64,000 bases of DNA from Oscillospiraceae bacterium (GTDB lineage Bacteria; Bacillota; Clostridia; Oscillospirales; Oscillospiraceae): contig JAFVXA010000012.1 of assembly GCA_017501355.1 (NCBI GenBank), forward strand, positions 3,688 to 67,687. Reading direction: 5' to 3'. Positions 46,341-57,219 of the stretch are shown one piece after another. The notes below the pieces were generated by a model that was not told the origin of the DNA, searched no databases, and was given only the letters and a program-made list of their open reading frames with translations. Made by a program: the position numbers and the translations under genes. The stretch's first letter is position 1. Every line of letters starts with the position of its first letter.

Positions 46341-48289
46341 TTAAAATTGATCTCCTCATCATAGGTCAGCGCATCGTTATAGTACACCTTGGCGCGATGA
46401 CCGCTTCCCTTACCGGTATAGGTCTGCTCCACATAGCCGAGCATCGTGCTGACAAGCTCGTTATACACTTCCTCGCCGTCAAATTCGATGCGGACGTGGA
46501 CCTCTTCATTCTGCCAGAAAGGCAGAGGATAACGCTTGGTAACAGATGTTGCAGGAGGACCGGAGCTGATGACAAAGCTGATTTCCGTCCCTGTCATGGC
46601 ATCCTCATAGGGTGCAAGGCTCTGCTCGATCACAGTGCCAACCTCCTCATGGGATTCCGCATAGCTGAATCCCTTCACTACAAGACCGAGATCCGTGGCG
46701 TTCTTCTCCGCCTCTTCCTTGGTCTGACCGAGGAAGGAGATCACCGTCACAGGCACAGGCTCCTTACCCATACTGATCATAAGAAGAACTGTGTTATCCT
46801 TGCTCAGGGATTCACCTGCATCGGGAATGGTGGAAATGACCTTACCCGCTTCAATGGTGTCATGGTACATGGTATCCCGCTCCACCGTCAAGCCCAGATT
46901 CAGGTTCGACAGCATCACAAGAGCTGCCTGAGAATCCTCTCCGATGAGGTTGGGCATTTCCTTACTGCCGTCGCCAAGACTGACAAACACCTTGATCACC
47001 GTGCCGGGGGCTTTTCGGGCACCCACACCGGGGTCCTGCTCAATGATTTCGCCCACTGCATACTCCGTACTCTCGCGGCTGCCGATGACCTCGATCGTAA
47101 AGATACCGTTGATCTCCTCCATGCTCTCTGCCTGCACCATGGTCTTACCCAAAAGATTCGGCACATCCGCAAGACCGTCATCACCGCTGTCGGCAAAGCT
47201 GGAGCTCAGCACCTTACCGATGCCAACAAGCAGCACCAGTGCCAGAATCGCAAGCCCCGCAATGATCAGACCATTCTTTTTGCGGCGGGGTGCTTCGTAA
47301 TGCGACATACCATCGTCATCATCCGGATCGTCCGGCACAACGGACACAGGCGGCTGCTTGGGACGGTAGATCTTACCCACATCATCCACAGGGAGCTTGC
47401 TGGTGGGTTCATTCGTGGCAGCATTGTTGATCCCATCTACGGTAATATCCAGCTTCACCTCAGGATTCTTACGGAACTCCTCCAGTGCAGAGATCATCTC
47501 ATCCGCACTCTGGTAGCGACGGGAGGCATCTGCGGTCATTGCCTTCATGCAGATCAGCTCCAGCGTCTCGGGGATCTCGGGATTCACCTCTCTCGGAGAA
47601 AGAGGAATGGAGGAGAGATGCTGCAGCGCAACCGCCACGGCACTTTCCCCCTCGAAGGGAAGGCGACCGGTGAGCAGCTCATATAGCAGCACGCCTGCAG
47701 AATAAATGTCGCTGCGGGCAGTAACACGCTCCCCTCGCGCCTGCTCGGGAGAAATGTAGTGTACACTGCCGAGGGCTTCTGCCGTCAGCGTAGTGGTGGC
47801 AGTGGCAAGGCACGCAATACCAAAATCCGTGATCTTCACACTGCCGTCGCGCAGCACCATAATATTATGGGGCTTGATGTCACGATGAACGATGCCGCGG
47901 CTGTGCGCGTGGCTGAGACCACGCATGATCTGAATAATGAAATGAAGGGTTTCCTTCTTCCAGTTCAGCTGACCGCGCTTTTCCATATACTGCTTCAGCG
48001 TGATACCGTCGATGAGCTCCATGACGATATACTCCGTCTCGCCGCTGCGGGAGACGTCATACACCGAAACGATATTGGGATGGGAGAGCATAGCAACTGC
48101 CTGAGACTCGTCCCGGAAGCGGCGGCGGAACTCCGCGTCCTCCACCAGCTCCTGGCGCAGGATCTTCACTGCAACCATGCGGTTGAGACGGTGACACTTT
48201 GCCTTGTAAACAACTGCCATACCGCCGCTGCCGATCACTTCCAGCAGCTCGTAGCGGTTATCCAGCATCTTACCTATGTACTGATCCAT
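46337..48289 (-). CDS. prkC: Hanks-type Ser/Thr protein kinase with extracellular PASTA repeats
   Basis: ATG 48289 lies 6 nt after GGGGGG (track start 48307). GSGGMAVVYKA, HRDIKPHN and DFG motifs, one TM helix, then PASTA-like repeats. Confidence 0.9.
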   Translation of the reverse strand: MDQYIGKMLDNRYELLEVIGSGGMAVVYKAKCHRLNRMVAVKILRQELVEDAEFRRRFRDESQAVAMLSHPNIVSVYDVSRSGETEYIVMELIDGITLKQYMEKRGQLNWKKETLHFIIQIMRGLSHAHSRGIVHRDIKPHNIMVLRDGSVKITDFGIACLATATTTLTAEALGSVHYISPEQARGERVTARSDIYSAGVLLYELLTGRLPFEGESAVAVALQHLSSIPLSPREVNPEIPETLELICMKAMTADASRRYQSADEMISALEEFRKNPEVKLDITVDGINNAATNEPTSKLPVDDVGKIYRPKQPPVSVVPDDPDDDDGMSHYEAPRRKKNGLIIAGLAILALVLLVGIGKVLSSSFADSGDDGLADVPNLLGKTMVQAESMEEINGIFTIEVIGSRESTEYAVGEIIEQDPGVGARKAPGTVIKVFVSLGDGSKEMPNLIGEDSQAALVMLSNLNLGLTVERDTMYHDTIEAGKVISTIPDAGESLSKDNTVLLMISMGKEPVPVTVISFLGQTKEEAEKNATDLGLVVKGFSYAESHEEVGTVIEQSLAPYEDAMTGTEISFVISSGPPATSVTKRYPLPFWQNEEVHVRIEFDGEEVYNELVSTMLGYVEQTYTGKGSGHRAKVYYNDALTYDEEINFK

Positions 48290-48303
48290 GACTTTCCCCC
48301 CTT

Positions 48304-49044
48304 TCAAATGACTTTCAGCAGCACTGCCGTCACATTGTCGGCAGCACCGCGACTCTTGGAGATGGCAAGCATCCGCTCAAGGCAGCTGCTCTCATCCCCG
48401 TTGTGGATCACTTCATACAAAATCTCCTGATCGGAGACAGTGTTGATCAGTCCATCCGTGCAGAGCAACAGGTATTCCCCCTGCTTCAGCTCGCAAACGT
48501 AGCCATCGCACTCCTCGTTCTTCTCCGGACCGAGGGCACGGGTGATGACATTACGGTTGGGGTGGACTCTTGCCTCCTCCTCCGTGATGTCACCTCTTCT
48601 CACCAGCGCCTCCACAAGGGAGTGATCCTTGGTGATGCGGCGGATCCCCTCCGCCGTGATATGGTAGGCACGGCTGTCACCCACATTGCTGATGACAGCG
48701 CCGCCGTCATAGCAGATGGCAGAAACCAGCGTGGTACCCATGCCGTGGTATTCCCTCGCCACCTGCGCCTTTGCGTAGACCGCATCGTTGGCGATGGCAA
48801 CCGCATAGGACGATGCCTGCGAAAGCTGGGATGTGCTCATATCGGCGCGCAGCACCTTCTTCGTTTCCGCAAGATAGGTCTCCACCGCGATCTGACTTGC
48901 AAGGTGTCCGCCCTTTACACCGCCCATACCATCGCACACAACGGCAACGGTGAATCCGCTCTCCGCAAAATGCTCGGTAGCATAGGCATCCTGATTGTCT
49001 TTTCTCACGAGGCCGATATCTGTCAGCCCCCAAATTCGTATCAT
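48304..49044 (-). CDS. stp: PP2C-family Ser/Thr phosphatase
   Basis: 246 aa. NQDA, DGMGG and DN motifs. Lies upstream of prkC. Confidence 0.9.
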   Translation of the reverse strand: MIRIWGLTDIGLVRKDNQDAYATEHFAESGFTVAVVCDGMGGVKGGHLASQIAVETYLAETKKVLRADMSTSQLSQASSYAVAIANDAVYAKAQVAREYHGMGTTLVSAICYDGGAVISNVGDSRAYHITAEGIRRITKDHSLVEALVRRGDITEEEARVHPNRNVITRALGPEKNEECDGYVCELKQGEYLLLCTDGLINTVSDQEILYEVIHNGDESSCLERMLAISKSRGAADNVTAVLLKVI

Positions 49045-50075
49045 TTCGTTGCTGCCTCCTTCATGGCCTTCCTTCGGAGCTGACCGCAGGAAGCGTCGAT
49101 ATCGCCGCCGAGCTTACGCCGCACCGTGGCGGTCAAGCCGTGGCTCTCCAGTCTCTTCTGGAAGGCTGCCACGCGGCGGCTGGGTTTCAGCGGGCTCTCC
49201 TCCACCTCGTTGAGGGGGATGAGATTGATATGGGCAGGCATGCCCTTCACCTTTTTGGCGATCAGGTCTGCCTTTTCGTCACTGTCATTGACGCCGTCGA
49301 TCATGGCATACTCAAAGGAGATGCGGCGTCCGGTTTTTTCAAAATACTCGTGGCAGGCTTCGATGAGCATATCCACATCGTAAGCCCTGGTCACGGGCAT
49401 GATGGTCGCCCTCGTCTCCTGATCGGGCGCATGGAGAGAGATAGAGAGCGTCAGCTGCAGATCCTCCTCCGCCAAACGGCGAATGCCGGGCACCACGCCG
49501 CAGGTGGACAGAGAAATATGGCGCATACCGATGTTGAGACCATCCGCATGGTTCACCAGTGTCAGAAAACGACGGACATTGTCATAGTTATCCAGCGGCT
49601 CGCCAATGCCCATGAGCACGATATTGGAAATGGGCAGACCACTGTCGAGCTGGGTAAACAGCACCTGATCGAGGATCTCAGAGGCGCTGAGGTCGCGCAC
49701 CTTGCCCGCAATGGTGGAAGCGCAGAACTTGCAGCCCATGCGGCAGCCCACCTGCGAGGAAATGCAGACGGTATTGCCGTGGTGATACTGCATGAGAACG
49801 GTCTCAATGCAGTTACCGTCTCTCAGTTCCCATAAGTACTTGATGGTGCCGTCCAGCTGCGACACCTGTTTGCGTGCCACGGTGGGCACGGTGATATAGC
49901 AGTTTTCTTCAAGCTTGGCGCGAAGTGACTTGGAGAGATTGGTCATCTCATCAAAGCTTTTGACACCCTTATGCAGCCATGTGAACACCTGCTTGCCGCG
50001 AAAGGCGGGCTCCCCCATTTCCTTCAGCCAAGCGGTGATCTCCTCCAGTGTCATGGATTTGATATCGGTCATCAT
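49041..50075 (-). CDS. rlmN: 23S rRNA/tRNA adenine-C2 methyltransferase (radical SAM)
   Basis: 344 aa. CRMGCKFC radical-SAM motif and full-length RlmN resemblance. Confidence 0.9.
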   Translation of the reverse strand: MMTDIKSMTLEEITAWLKEMGEPAFRGKQVFTWLHKGVKSFDEMTNLSKSLRAKLEENCYITVPTVARKQVSQLDGTIKYLWELRDGNCIETVLMQYHHGNTVCISSQVGCRMGCKFCASTIAGKVRDLSASEILDQVLFTQLDSGLPISNIVLMGIGEPLDNYDNVRRFLTLVNHADGLNIGMRHISLSTCGVVPGIRRLAEEDLQLTLSISLHAPDQETRATIMPVTRAYDVDMLIEACHEYFEKTGRRISFEYAMIDGVNDSDEKADLIAKKVKGMPAHINLIPLNEVEESPLKPSRRVAAFQKRLESHGLTATVRRKLGGDIDASCGQLRRKAMKEAATK

Positions 50076-51394
50076 CAGATCTTCCTCATTTTGCAGATGT
50101 AGAACCCGTCGCAGTGGTGGCGCTGGGGCCAGAGCGTAATGTCTGCCGCCTCACCCCCAAAGGGCAGGGAAAAAGCTTCTTTCTGAAACTCGGGATGCGC
50201 TGCAAGAAAAGCATCCGTCACCTTCTCGTTCTCCTCAGGGAGAATGGTGCAGGTGGAATACAGCAGCGTGCCGCCATCCTTCACATAACGGCAGGCATTT
50301 TCCAGAATCGCAGACTGGATGGCAGGGAGATTTGCCAGCGCCTTCGGGTCTTTATAGCGGATATCCGGCTTCTTGCGAATAATGCCGAGACCGCTGCAGG
50401 GCACATCCACGATCACCGCGTCTGCCGTACCGAAAAGCTCTTCCCTGGGCTTTCTTCCGTCGGCAAGAGCGGTCTCGATGATGGAGATGCCAAGACGCTC
50501 CGCGCCGCTTGCAATGAGCTTCAGCTTATGCTCATGGACATCGCAGGACAAGATGCGTCCCCTGTTCCCCATCGCCATGGCTGCGGCAAAGGACTTGCCG
50601 CCGGGAGCGGAGCAGGTGTCGATCACAAATTCGCCCCCCCGCAAGCCTGCCGCAAGGCTCACCAGCTTTGCGGCGGGATCCTGCACGGTAAAATGTCCCT
50701 CGGTGAAAGCGGCAAGCTTTTCGAGATCTCCGCTGCCGGAGAGCTCGTAGCAGCCCCTGAGCCACGGATGCGCCTGCACCGTGACCCCTGCGCTCTGCAG
50801 GGCGGCCAGACAGTTCTCCTCCGTGGTTTTGAGGGGATTGATCTGTGCCGTCATGGGCACAGGGGTATTGTTTTCCGCAAGGAACTGCTCTGCTTCCGCT
50901 TCCCCCAGCAGGGAAACCAGACGCAGGGTCAGCCAATGGGGATGACTGTACTGCACGGAAAGCCGCTCCGCAGGGGTACGACCCTTGATGGGGGGCAGTT
51001 GCTCCTTGTTCGCGGCGAGCTTACGCAGCACTGCATTGACGATGCCTGCCGCCTGCGGCTTCCCCACACGGCGGATCTGCTCCACGCTCTCGCTGACGGC
51101 AGCGCTGTCGGGCACGCGATCCATCAGCAGGATCTGATACGCACCAAGGCGCATGACTTCCCGTACCAGTGCTTCCAGATGGTCGATGCGCTGGGTGCAG
51201 AACAGACCCAGTCTATCATCAAGGAAGGCGCGGTTCTGCAGCACGCCATAACAGAGACGGCTGGCGAATGCTGCGTCGCGGCTGTCCAGTTTGTCTCTCG
51301 CAATGGCTTTTTTCAAGTTGCCGTCCGACCACGCCCCCAGATCACGGCAGGCACTGAGCACGGAAAAGGCAGTATCTCTCGGAGACTTGCTCAT
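50075..51394 (-). CDS. rsmB: 16S rRNA (cytosine967-C5)-methyltransferase
   Basis: 439 aa. NusB-like N-domain plus motifs DTCSAPGGK, DVPCSGLG and YSTCT. Confidence 0.9.
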   Translation of the reverse strand: MSKSPRDTAFSVLSACRDLGAWSDGNLKKAIARDKLDSRDAAFASRLCYGVLQNRAFLDDRLGLFCTQRIDHLEALVREVMRLGAYQILLMDRVPDSAAVSESVEQIRRVGKPQAAGIVNAVLRKLAANKEQLPPIKGRTPAERLSVQYSHPHWLTLRLVSLLGEAEAEQFLAENNTPVPMTAQINPLKTTEENCLAALQSAGVTVQAHPWLRGCYELSGSGDLEKLAAFTEGHFTVQDPAAKLVSLAAGLRGGEFVIDTCSAPGGKSFAAAMAMGNRGRILSCDVHEHKLKLIASGAERLGISIIETALADGRKPREELFGTADAVIVDVPCSGLGIIRKKPDIRYKDPKALANLPAIQSAILENACRYVKDGGTLLYSTCTILPEENEKVTDAFLAAHPEFQKEAFSLPFGGEAADITLWPQRHHCDGFYICKMRKI

Positions 51395-52104
51395 CTGCGG
51401 TCCCTCCTTCCCCCGCCGCGGCTAAGGAAAATCAGCAAAAAGCGCAGCAGCTGCGCGATGCTGGTCAGAAGGGCTGCCACATAGGTCAGTGCCGCCGCAG
51501 AAAGCACCTTTTTTGCCCCCGCATACTCCTCCTCTGTGAGTAGCCCCCCCTCTTCAATGGTGGCAAGGGCGCGGCGGGACGCATTGAACTCCACAGGCAG
51601 GGTCAGCAGCTGAAACACCGTTGCAAGGGTGAACAGCAAGATGCCTGCCAGCAGAAGCCGCTGGCTGTACAGCACCAGTCCCAGCATCAGCGCCACAAAG
51701 GCAAAGCGGGAACCAAAGCTGCACACAGGCAGGATCAGCGTGCGCAGCTTCACAGGGGCATAGCCCTGAGCATACTGCACCGCATGACCCGCTTCGTGGG
51801 CTGCAACGCCCACTGCCGCAATGGATGCGGAGTTGTAGACGCTTTCAGACAAAAAGATCATGTTTTTGCGGGGATCGTAATGATCCGTAAGATTGCCGCG
51901 GGTGGGGCTGATGCCCACATCATGGACACCGTGAAAGCGCAGCACTGCCCGTGCCGCTGCCTCTCCCGTCATACCGCGGAGATTGCGGACTCTGCTGTAG
52001 CGCTCAAAGCTGCTGTTGACTTTAAACTGTGCCCAAAGGCTCAGCAAAAGGGCAGGCATCACCAAAAGCAGATATGTGAGATCCAATCCACCGTAATAAA
52101 ACAT
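51391..52104 (-). CDS. YugP-type membrane zinc metallopeptidase
   Basis: ATG 52104 follows GAGGA (track start 52233 overlaps fmt). HEAGHAVQ motif. Confidence 0.8.
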   Translation of the reverse strand: MFYYGGLDLTYLLLVMPALLLSLWAQFKVNSSFERYSRVRNLRGMTGEAAARAVLRFHGVHDVGISPTRGNLTDHYDPRKNMIFLSESVYNSASIAAVGVAAHEAGHAVQYAQGYAPVKLRTLILPVCSFGSRFAFVALMLGLVLYSQRLLLAGILLFTLATVFQLLTLPVEFNASRRALATIEEGGLLTEEEYAGAKKVLSAAALTYVAALLTSIAQLLRFLLIFLSRGGGRRDRR

Positions 52105-52120
52105 GAAATTTCCTCGCTTC

Positions 52121-53038
52121 TCAAATGTGAATGGGGTGACCGCGGAGATAGTCCGCGGCAGGCATACGTCGACCGCCCTCACCCTGCAATTCCCGAATAA
52201 TAATAGTATTATGGTCGCCGCAGGCGATCTCAATACCGTCCTTCAGCACACGGGTAATGCTGCCGCCTTCCTTCGCGGTGGTCTCGCCCAGTTCTGCCTT
52301 GAACAGCTTCACCTTCACGCCTGCGATCTCCGTGGTGGCGCAGGGCCAGGGGATCAGACCGCGGATCTGGTTGATAACCGCCTGTGCGCTCTTGCTCCAG
52401 TCCACAGGGGACATTTCTCTCGAAAGCATGGAGGCGTAGCAGGAAAGGCTGTCGTCCTGCACGGTGCGGGAGATTTCCTTCCCCTCTTCCATGTCCTTCA
52501 CCACGCTCAGCAGGGTCTCCGCACCAAGCACTGCCAGACGGTTCGTCAGCTGCAGCGCATCCTCGGCGGGATCAATGGGGGTCTTTGCCACGGCGATAAT
52601 ATCGCCGGTATCGAGACCCTCTGCCATGTACATGATGGTCACGCCGGTCTCCTTCTCGCCGTCCAGCAGCGCCCAGTTGATGGGTGCCGCACCGCGGTAC
52701 TTGGGCAGTACAGAGGAATGGACATTGATACAGCCGTGCTTCGGATAGTCCAGAATGTCCTTGGGCAGGATCTTGCCGTAGGCTGCCACCACGATCAGCT
52801 CCGGTGCCAGCTCTTCGATGATGCCCATGGCTTCACCGTCGCGCATTTTCAGCGGCTGATACACGGGCAAGTCCACTGTAACGGCATATTCCTTCACAGG
52901 AGAGAAGGTCATTTTCATGCCGCGGTTCTTGGGTTTGTCGGGCTGGGTGAACACACCGCAGATCTCATGACCTGCCTCCACCAGTGCTTTCAGGGATGCC
53001 ACCGCAAAATCGGGGGTACCCATAAACAGAATTCTCAT
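52121..53038 (-). CDS. fmt: methionyl-tRNA formyltransferase
   Basis: 305 aa. MRILFMGTPDFA and HSSVLPKYRGAAPI. Confidence 0.95.
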   Translation of the reverse strand: MRILFMGTPDFAVASLKALVEAGHEICGVFTQPDKPKNRGMKMTFSPVKEYAVTVDLPVYQPLKMRDGEAMGIIEELAPELIVVAAYGKILPKDILDYPKHGCINVHSSVLPKYRGAAPINWALLDGEKETGVTIMYMAEGLDTGDIIAVAKTPIDPAEDALQLTNRLAVLGAETLLSVVKDMEEGKEISRTVQDDSLSCYASMLSREMSPVDWSKSAQAVINQIRGLIPWPCATTEIAGVKVKLFKAELGETTAKEGGSITRVLKDGIEIACGDHNTIIIRELQGEGGRRMPAADYLRGHPIHI

Positions 53039-53547
53039 TCCTCGTCGCCCTCGTACTCTGCTTCACAGGCTTCATAGTATGCCTGCAGCTCTGCCTCGGT
53101 CAGATAGTGGTCGATATGCTCATCGAAGAGGTGACCGTCCAGATGCTCCAGCTCATGGCAGAAGCAGCGGGCAGTGAGCCCCTCATCCTCCACCTCGAAC
53201 CAGCAGCCGTCACGATCCTGCGCACGAACACGCACCACCATGGGACGGGTCACCATGCCAAACTTGCCGGGCACGCTCAGGCAGCCCTCAGGACCGGTCT
53301 GCTCACCCTCGGTGCGGACGATCTCGGGATTCACCAGCTCGATGATCTGCTCATCCTCGTCCATGACCACCGCCACACGGCGCATAATGCCGATCTGGGG
53401 AGCAGCGAGACCCACACCCTGAGACTCCTCCAGCGTTTCCGTCATATCATCCAGCAGGTCATGCAGCTTCTTGTTAAACTCCGTAACAGGGTGGCAAACC
53501 TTGCCCAGGCAGGGCTCACCCTTCACCATAATTTCTCTCAGTGCCAT
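53035..53547 (-). CDS. def: peptide deformylase
   Basis: 170 aa. GVGLAAPQ, EGCLS and HELEH. Confidence 0.95.
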   Translation of the reverse strand: MALREIMVKGEPCLGKVCHPVTEFNKKLHDLLDDMTETLEESQGVGLAAPQIGIMRRVAVVMDEDEQIIELVNPEIVRTEGEQTGPEGCLSVPGKFGMVTRPMVVRVRAQDRDGCWFEVEDEGLTARCFCHELEHLDGHLFDEHIDHYLTEAELQAYYEACEAEYEGDEE

Positions 53548-53582
53548 AGTTATGTTCTCCTTTTATCGCCTTATTTGTTTCA

Positions 53583-56042
53583 TCAGTCCATCATATTGCA
53601 GTCCACAACCAAACTCATCCCACGGTTTTCTTTCTTCCGATGGAACTCCACCAGATAGTACCGCAGGGAATCGCGAACCTGCTTATTGTTCCGTCCCACC
53701 AGCGTCAGGCGATAGCGGTAACGGTTGTTTACTTTCACAACAGGGGCAGGGGCAGGCCCCACCACCTCATATTCCGAGCCGAAGGGCTGCGCCGAAAATG
53801 TGAGCTTCAAGCCCTCTGCGAGATCACGGATGCTGCGGCGCACCAGATCCTCCTCACCGCCGGAAACCGTCAGCGTGAAGAGATCCGCAAAGGGGGGATC
53901 ACCCCGAAGCTTCCGCAGGCGGATCTCCGTCTTATAAAACTGCTCATAATCCTGCGCACAGGCGCTTTGGATCACATCGTTCATGGGCGTATAGGTCTGC
54001 ACCACAGCCCGTCCGGGCTTTTCGCCCCGTCCACTGCGTCCCACCACCTGCGTCAGCAGATGGAAGGTGCGTTCCGCCGCGCGGAAGTTATCCACATACA
54101 GGGAAATATCCGCACTGAGTACGCCCACCAGCGTCACATTTTCAAAATCCAGACCCTTCGCCACCATCTGCGTGCCGAGGAGAATGGGAATTTTTTCTTC
54201 CACAAAGCGCCCCAGCAGCTTTTCATGGGTATTTTTTGCATTGACCGTATCCGCGTCCATCCGCAGAATTTCCACATTGGGAAATTTCCCGCGAAGCTCG
54301 TCTTCCACCTTCTGCGTGCCAAAGCCCACAGATTTCCGAAGTCCTCCGCATTCCTCGCAACGGTCACTGACCGGTTCACTGTGCCCGCAATAATGGCACA
54401 TCAGCCGCTCATTGGCAGAATGATAGGTCATGGGCACACTGCAGGCAGGACAGTACGGCACAGAGCCGCACTCGCCGCACACCAGCATACGACTGCTGCC
54501 GCGGCGGTTGAGGAAGAGTATACTCTGCTCTCCCCGCTCGATATTGCGGCGAAGCTCCTGCTCCAACAGGGCGCTGATGACACCGCTGTTGCCGTTTTGA
54601 ACTTCTTCCCTGAGATCTGCCGTCATTACCTGCGGCAAGGCGTGCGCATTATAGCGGCGGCGCAGGAAAAAGTGATGATACGTCCCGTTTTTCGCGTGAT
54701 ACGCGCTCTCCACCGCAGGGGTCGCAGAGCCGAGAACCACACTTGCCCCGTCCTTCACCGCACGGTATTTGGCAATTTCCCGGGCATGGTAGCGGGGGGG
54801 ATTTTCCGACTGGTAGCTTCCCTCCTGCTCCTCATCAAGGATGATGAGTCCCAGCTCCTGCAGCGGCGCAAACACCGCACTGCGGGTGCCGAGGACAACT
54901 TTTACCTCGCCCCGCCGGATGCGCTTCCACTGGTCATAGCGCTCAGGGATACCGAGGGAGCTATGGAGCATGGCGACCTCATCGCCAAAGTAGGCGGAGA
55001 ATTTTGCCATGAGCTGCGGTGTCAGCGCAATTTCCGGCACCAGCACCATAGCGCTGCGACCGTTTCTGAGCGTCTGCTGCACCAACCGCAGGTAGACCTG
55101 CGTCTTGCCGCTGCCAGTGACACCCTGCAGCAGACTTACCGCCGCTTCCCCCGACTCCATCAGTCGAACGATGCCGTCGTATGCCGCCTGCTGCTCCTCA
55201 TTGAGGACGATGGCAGGAGCCGCTTCATCCCGCTCCACCTTGGGAACGCGGAGCTGCTCCGCTTCCCGAAACTCCAAAACACCCAGCTTTTCAAGGCTTT
55301 TCAGCGTCTGCATGGTCGCACCGGTGTAGTAGCAGAGCTCTGCCGTTGCGACGCTCCCCATGGCACAAAGCATTTTCACCGCTTCATAGCGCACGGGAGC
55401 GCTGCGCTTCTTTGCCTCTGCCAGCGCCAGTGCATCCTCCGCGTCCATGGTGAGGACGGCGATCTTTGCCGCCTTATCCCCCACTTTCCGAAGCGCCACG
55501 GTTTCTGCGGTGAGGATCCCCCGCGCTGTCAACACTTTCAACGCAGCGGTCACCTTTTCGCCGCAAAGCTCCTTCAGCTGCGAAAGCTCGCACCCCTCCG
55601 GCAACAGGGCTTCCAGCGCCGCCCGCTCTGCCGAAGTGTTTGCCGCAGCGAGGGCATCCTCCGCGCCGATCCCATCCGCAAGGCGGTAGGATTCACGAAA
55701 GCGATACCATAGCCCCGTGGGCAAAATGGTCTTGAGGGCATCGTAGAAGGTGCAGAAATATCGCTCCCGCATGAACAGGGCAAGGCGAATGCCCGCCGCA
55801 TCCAGCACAGGCGAATCATCCAGCACCTCTGCCACCGTCTTGAGCTTTTCGTTCTTTTCCCGCTGCACCACTTCCAGCACAAAGCCTTCCGTGGGGCGAT
55901 TTCCTCTGCCGAAGGGAACGGTCACCCGAACACCGGGCACTACTGCTTCCGCAAGCTGCGCGGGAATCAGATAATCATAGGGCTGGTCGATAAAATAAAG
56001 GGCAGCGGAAACCGCGACCTTTGCCGCTAAAACTGTCTCCAT
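53583..56042 (-). CDS. priA: primosomal protein N' (replication restart helicase)
   Basis: 819 aa. GVTGSGKT, DEEQ and a zinc-binding Cys cluster CGECGSVPYCPACSVPMTYH..CHYCG. Confidence 0.9.
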   Translation of the reverse strand: METVLAAKVAVSAALYFIDQPYDYLIPAQLAEAVVPGVRVTVPFGRGNRPTEGFVLEVVQREKNEKLKTVAEVLDDSPVLDAAGIRLALFMRERYFCTFYDALKTILPTGLWYRFRESYRLADGIGAEDALAAANTSAERAALEALLPEGCELSQLKELCGEKVTAALKVLTARGILTAETVALRKVGDKAAKIAVLTMDAEDALALAEAKKRSAPVRYEAVKMLCAMGSVATAELCYYTGATMQTLKSLEKLGVLEFREAEQLRVPKVERDEAAPAIVLNEEQQAAYDGIVRLMESGEAAVSLLQGVTGSGKTQVYLRLVQQTLRNGRSAMVLVPEIALTPQLMAKFSAYFGDEVAMLHSSLGIPERYDQWKRIRRGEVKVVLGTRSAVFAPLQELGLIILDEEQEGSYQSENPPRYHAREIAKYRAVKDGASVVLGSATPAVESAYHAKNGTYHHFFLRRRYNAHALPQVMTADLREEVQNGNSGVISALLEQELRRNIERGEQSILFLNRRGSSRMLVCGECGSVPYCPACSVPMTYHSANERLMCHYCGHSEPVSDRCEECGGLRKSVGFGTQKVEDELRGKFPNVEILRMDADTVNAKNTHEKLLGRFVEEKIPILLGTQMVAKGLDFENVTLVGVLSADISLYVDNFRAAERTFHLLTQVVGRSGRGEKPGRAVVQTYTPMNDVIQSACAQDYEQFYKTEIRLRKLRGDPPFADLFTLTVSGGEEDLVRRSIRDLAEGLKLTFSAQPFGSEYEVVGPAPAPVVKVNNRYRYRLTLVGRNNKQVRDSLRYYLVEFHRKKENRGMSLVVDCNMMD

Positions 56043-56074
56043 TTCCGCTCCCCCCTTTCCGCGTGTGACGCGGC

Positions 56075-56278
56075 TTACTTGAATTTTATATCGCTGGCGT
56101 CGATCTTACCCTCGGAGATCTCGTGGATGGCGAGGGTCACTGCCTTCTCAGTCAGCTGGATCTCATCGCGCTCTGCATCCTCAGAGATCTGGCGTGCACG
56201 GCGTGCCACGACGTTGACGAGGAAATAGCGGTCGGGAACGTGCTTGGTCAGGCTGGACATAGCAGGATAAAGCATCAT
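56075..56278 (-). CDS. rpoZ: DNA-directed RNA polymerase subunit omega
   Basis: 67 aa. RYFLVNVVARRARQI. Confidence 0.85.
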   Translation of the reverse strand: MMLYPAMSSLTKHVPDRYFLVNVVARRARQISEDAERDEIQLTEKAVTLAIHEISEGKIDASDIKFK

Positions 56279-56347
56279 AATGGTTTACTTCCTTTCTTGT
56301 TTCCGGCAGAGCCGGTCTGTTGGTTTGTTGATTGATTCTATAGCGGC

Positions 56348-56950
56348 TTAAAATTTCACCGCGCGGTCTGCCGCACGGCAGTGCTCCGCTGTCATAATGG
56401 CATCCAGCTCGCTCACAGCGTGCTCGACATCATCATTGATCACAATGTAGTCGTAAGTATGGGCGCTCTCAAATTCCACTTTGGCACGAGTGAGTCGACC
56501 CTGAATCTTTTCAGCAGTCTCCGTACCACGGCTGACAAGACGGCGCTCCAGCTCCTCCAGTGAAGGAGGCAGAATGAACACGCGGATGGCTTCGGGCATC
56601 TTCTCATGCACCTGAATGGCACCCTGCAGCTCAATATCGAGGATCACATCCTCGCCACGCTCCATCGCCTCATACACATAGCGCTTGGGCGTGCCATAGT
56701 AATTGCCCACAAATTCGGCGTGTTCCAAAAAAGCATCCTCGCCGATCATGCGCTTAAAATCCTCAGCAGATGTGAAGTGATAATGCTTTCCATCCACTTC
56801 TCCTTCACGGGGTCCGCGCGTTGTCGCAGAGACCGAAAAGTAGAGATTGGGTCTGCGCTCAAACAGCTTATGCAGGATCGTGCTCTTTCCGACACCCGAG
56901 GGTCCCGAAATGATAAAAGTCTTTCCTCTCTCCATAATGCTCCCTCTCAT
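56348..56950 (-). CDS. gmk: guanylate kinase
   Basis: P-loop [11 protein letters not shown]. The start is either ATG 56950 (ATGA overlap with remA) or ATG 56935. Confidence 0.9.
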   Translation of the reverse strand: MRGSIMERGKTFIISGPSGVGKSTILHKLFERRPNLYFSVSATTRGPREGEVDGKHYHFTSAEDFKRMIGEDAFLEHAEFVGNYYGTPKRYVYEAMERGEDVILDIELQGAIQVHEKMPEAIRVFILPPSLEELERRLVSRGTETAEKIQGRLTRAKVEFESAHTYDYIVINDDVEHAVSELDAIMTAEHCRAADRAVKF

Positions 56951-57204
56951 TCGTCTTCGTGCAGCGTCACGTCAATGCCTGCGCGGGCGGCGATCTTCTC
57001 CGCCGCCACGCCGGACAGCACCACATGACCGCTGTCCATGATGAATACCGAAGCAGTCTTGCGCCCATAGGTAGCATCAATCAGCATACCGCGCTCGCGG
57101 GACTCCTGAATCAGACGCTTCACCGGTGCGCTGTCCGGCGTGATCACCGCCACCATGCGATCAGCGGAAACCATGCTGCCAAAACCAATACCGATCAGTT
57201 TCAT
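56947..57204 (-). CDS. remA: RemA-family (DUF370) regulator
   Basis: 85 aa. Close to B. subtilis RemA (GFG..VSA.R...[21 protein letters not shown]). Confidence 0.8.
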   Translation of the reverse strand: MKLIGIGFGSMVSADRMVAVITPDSAPVKRLIQESRERGMLIDATYGRKTASVFIMDSGHVVLSGVAAEKIAARAGIDVTLHEDE

Positions 57205-57219
57205 CCCTGTATCCTCCGT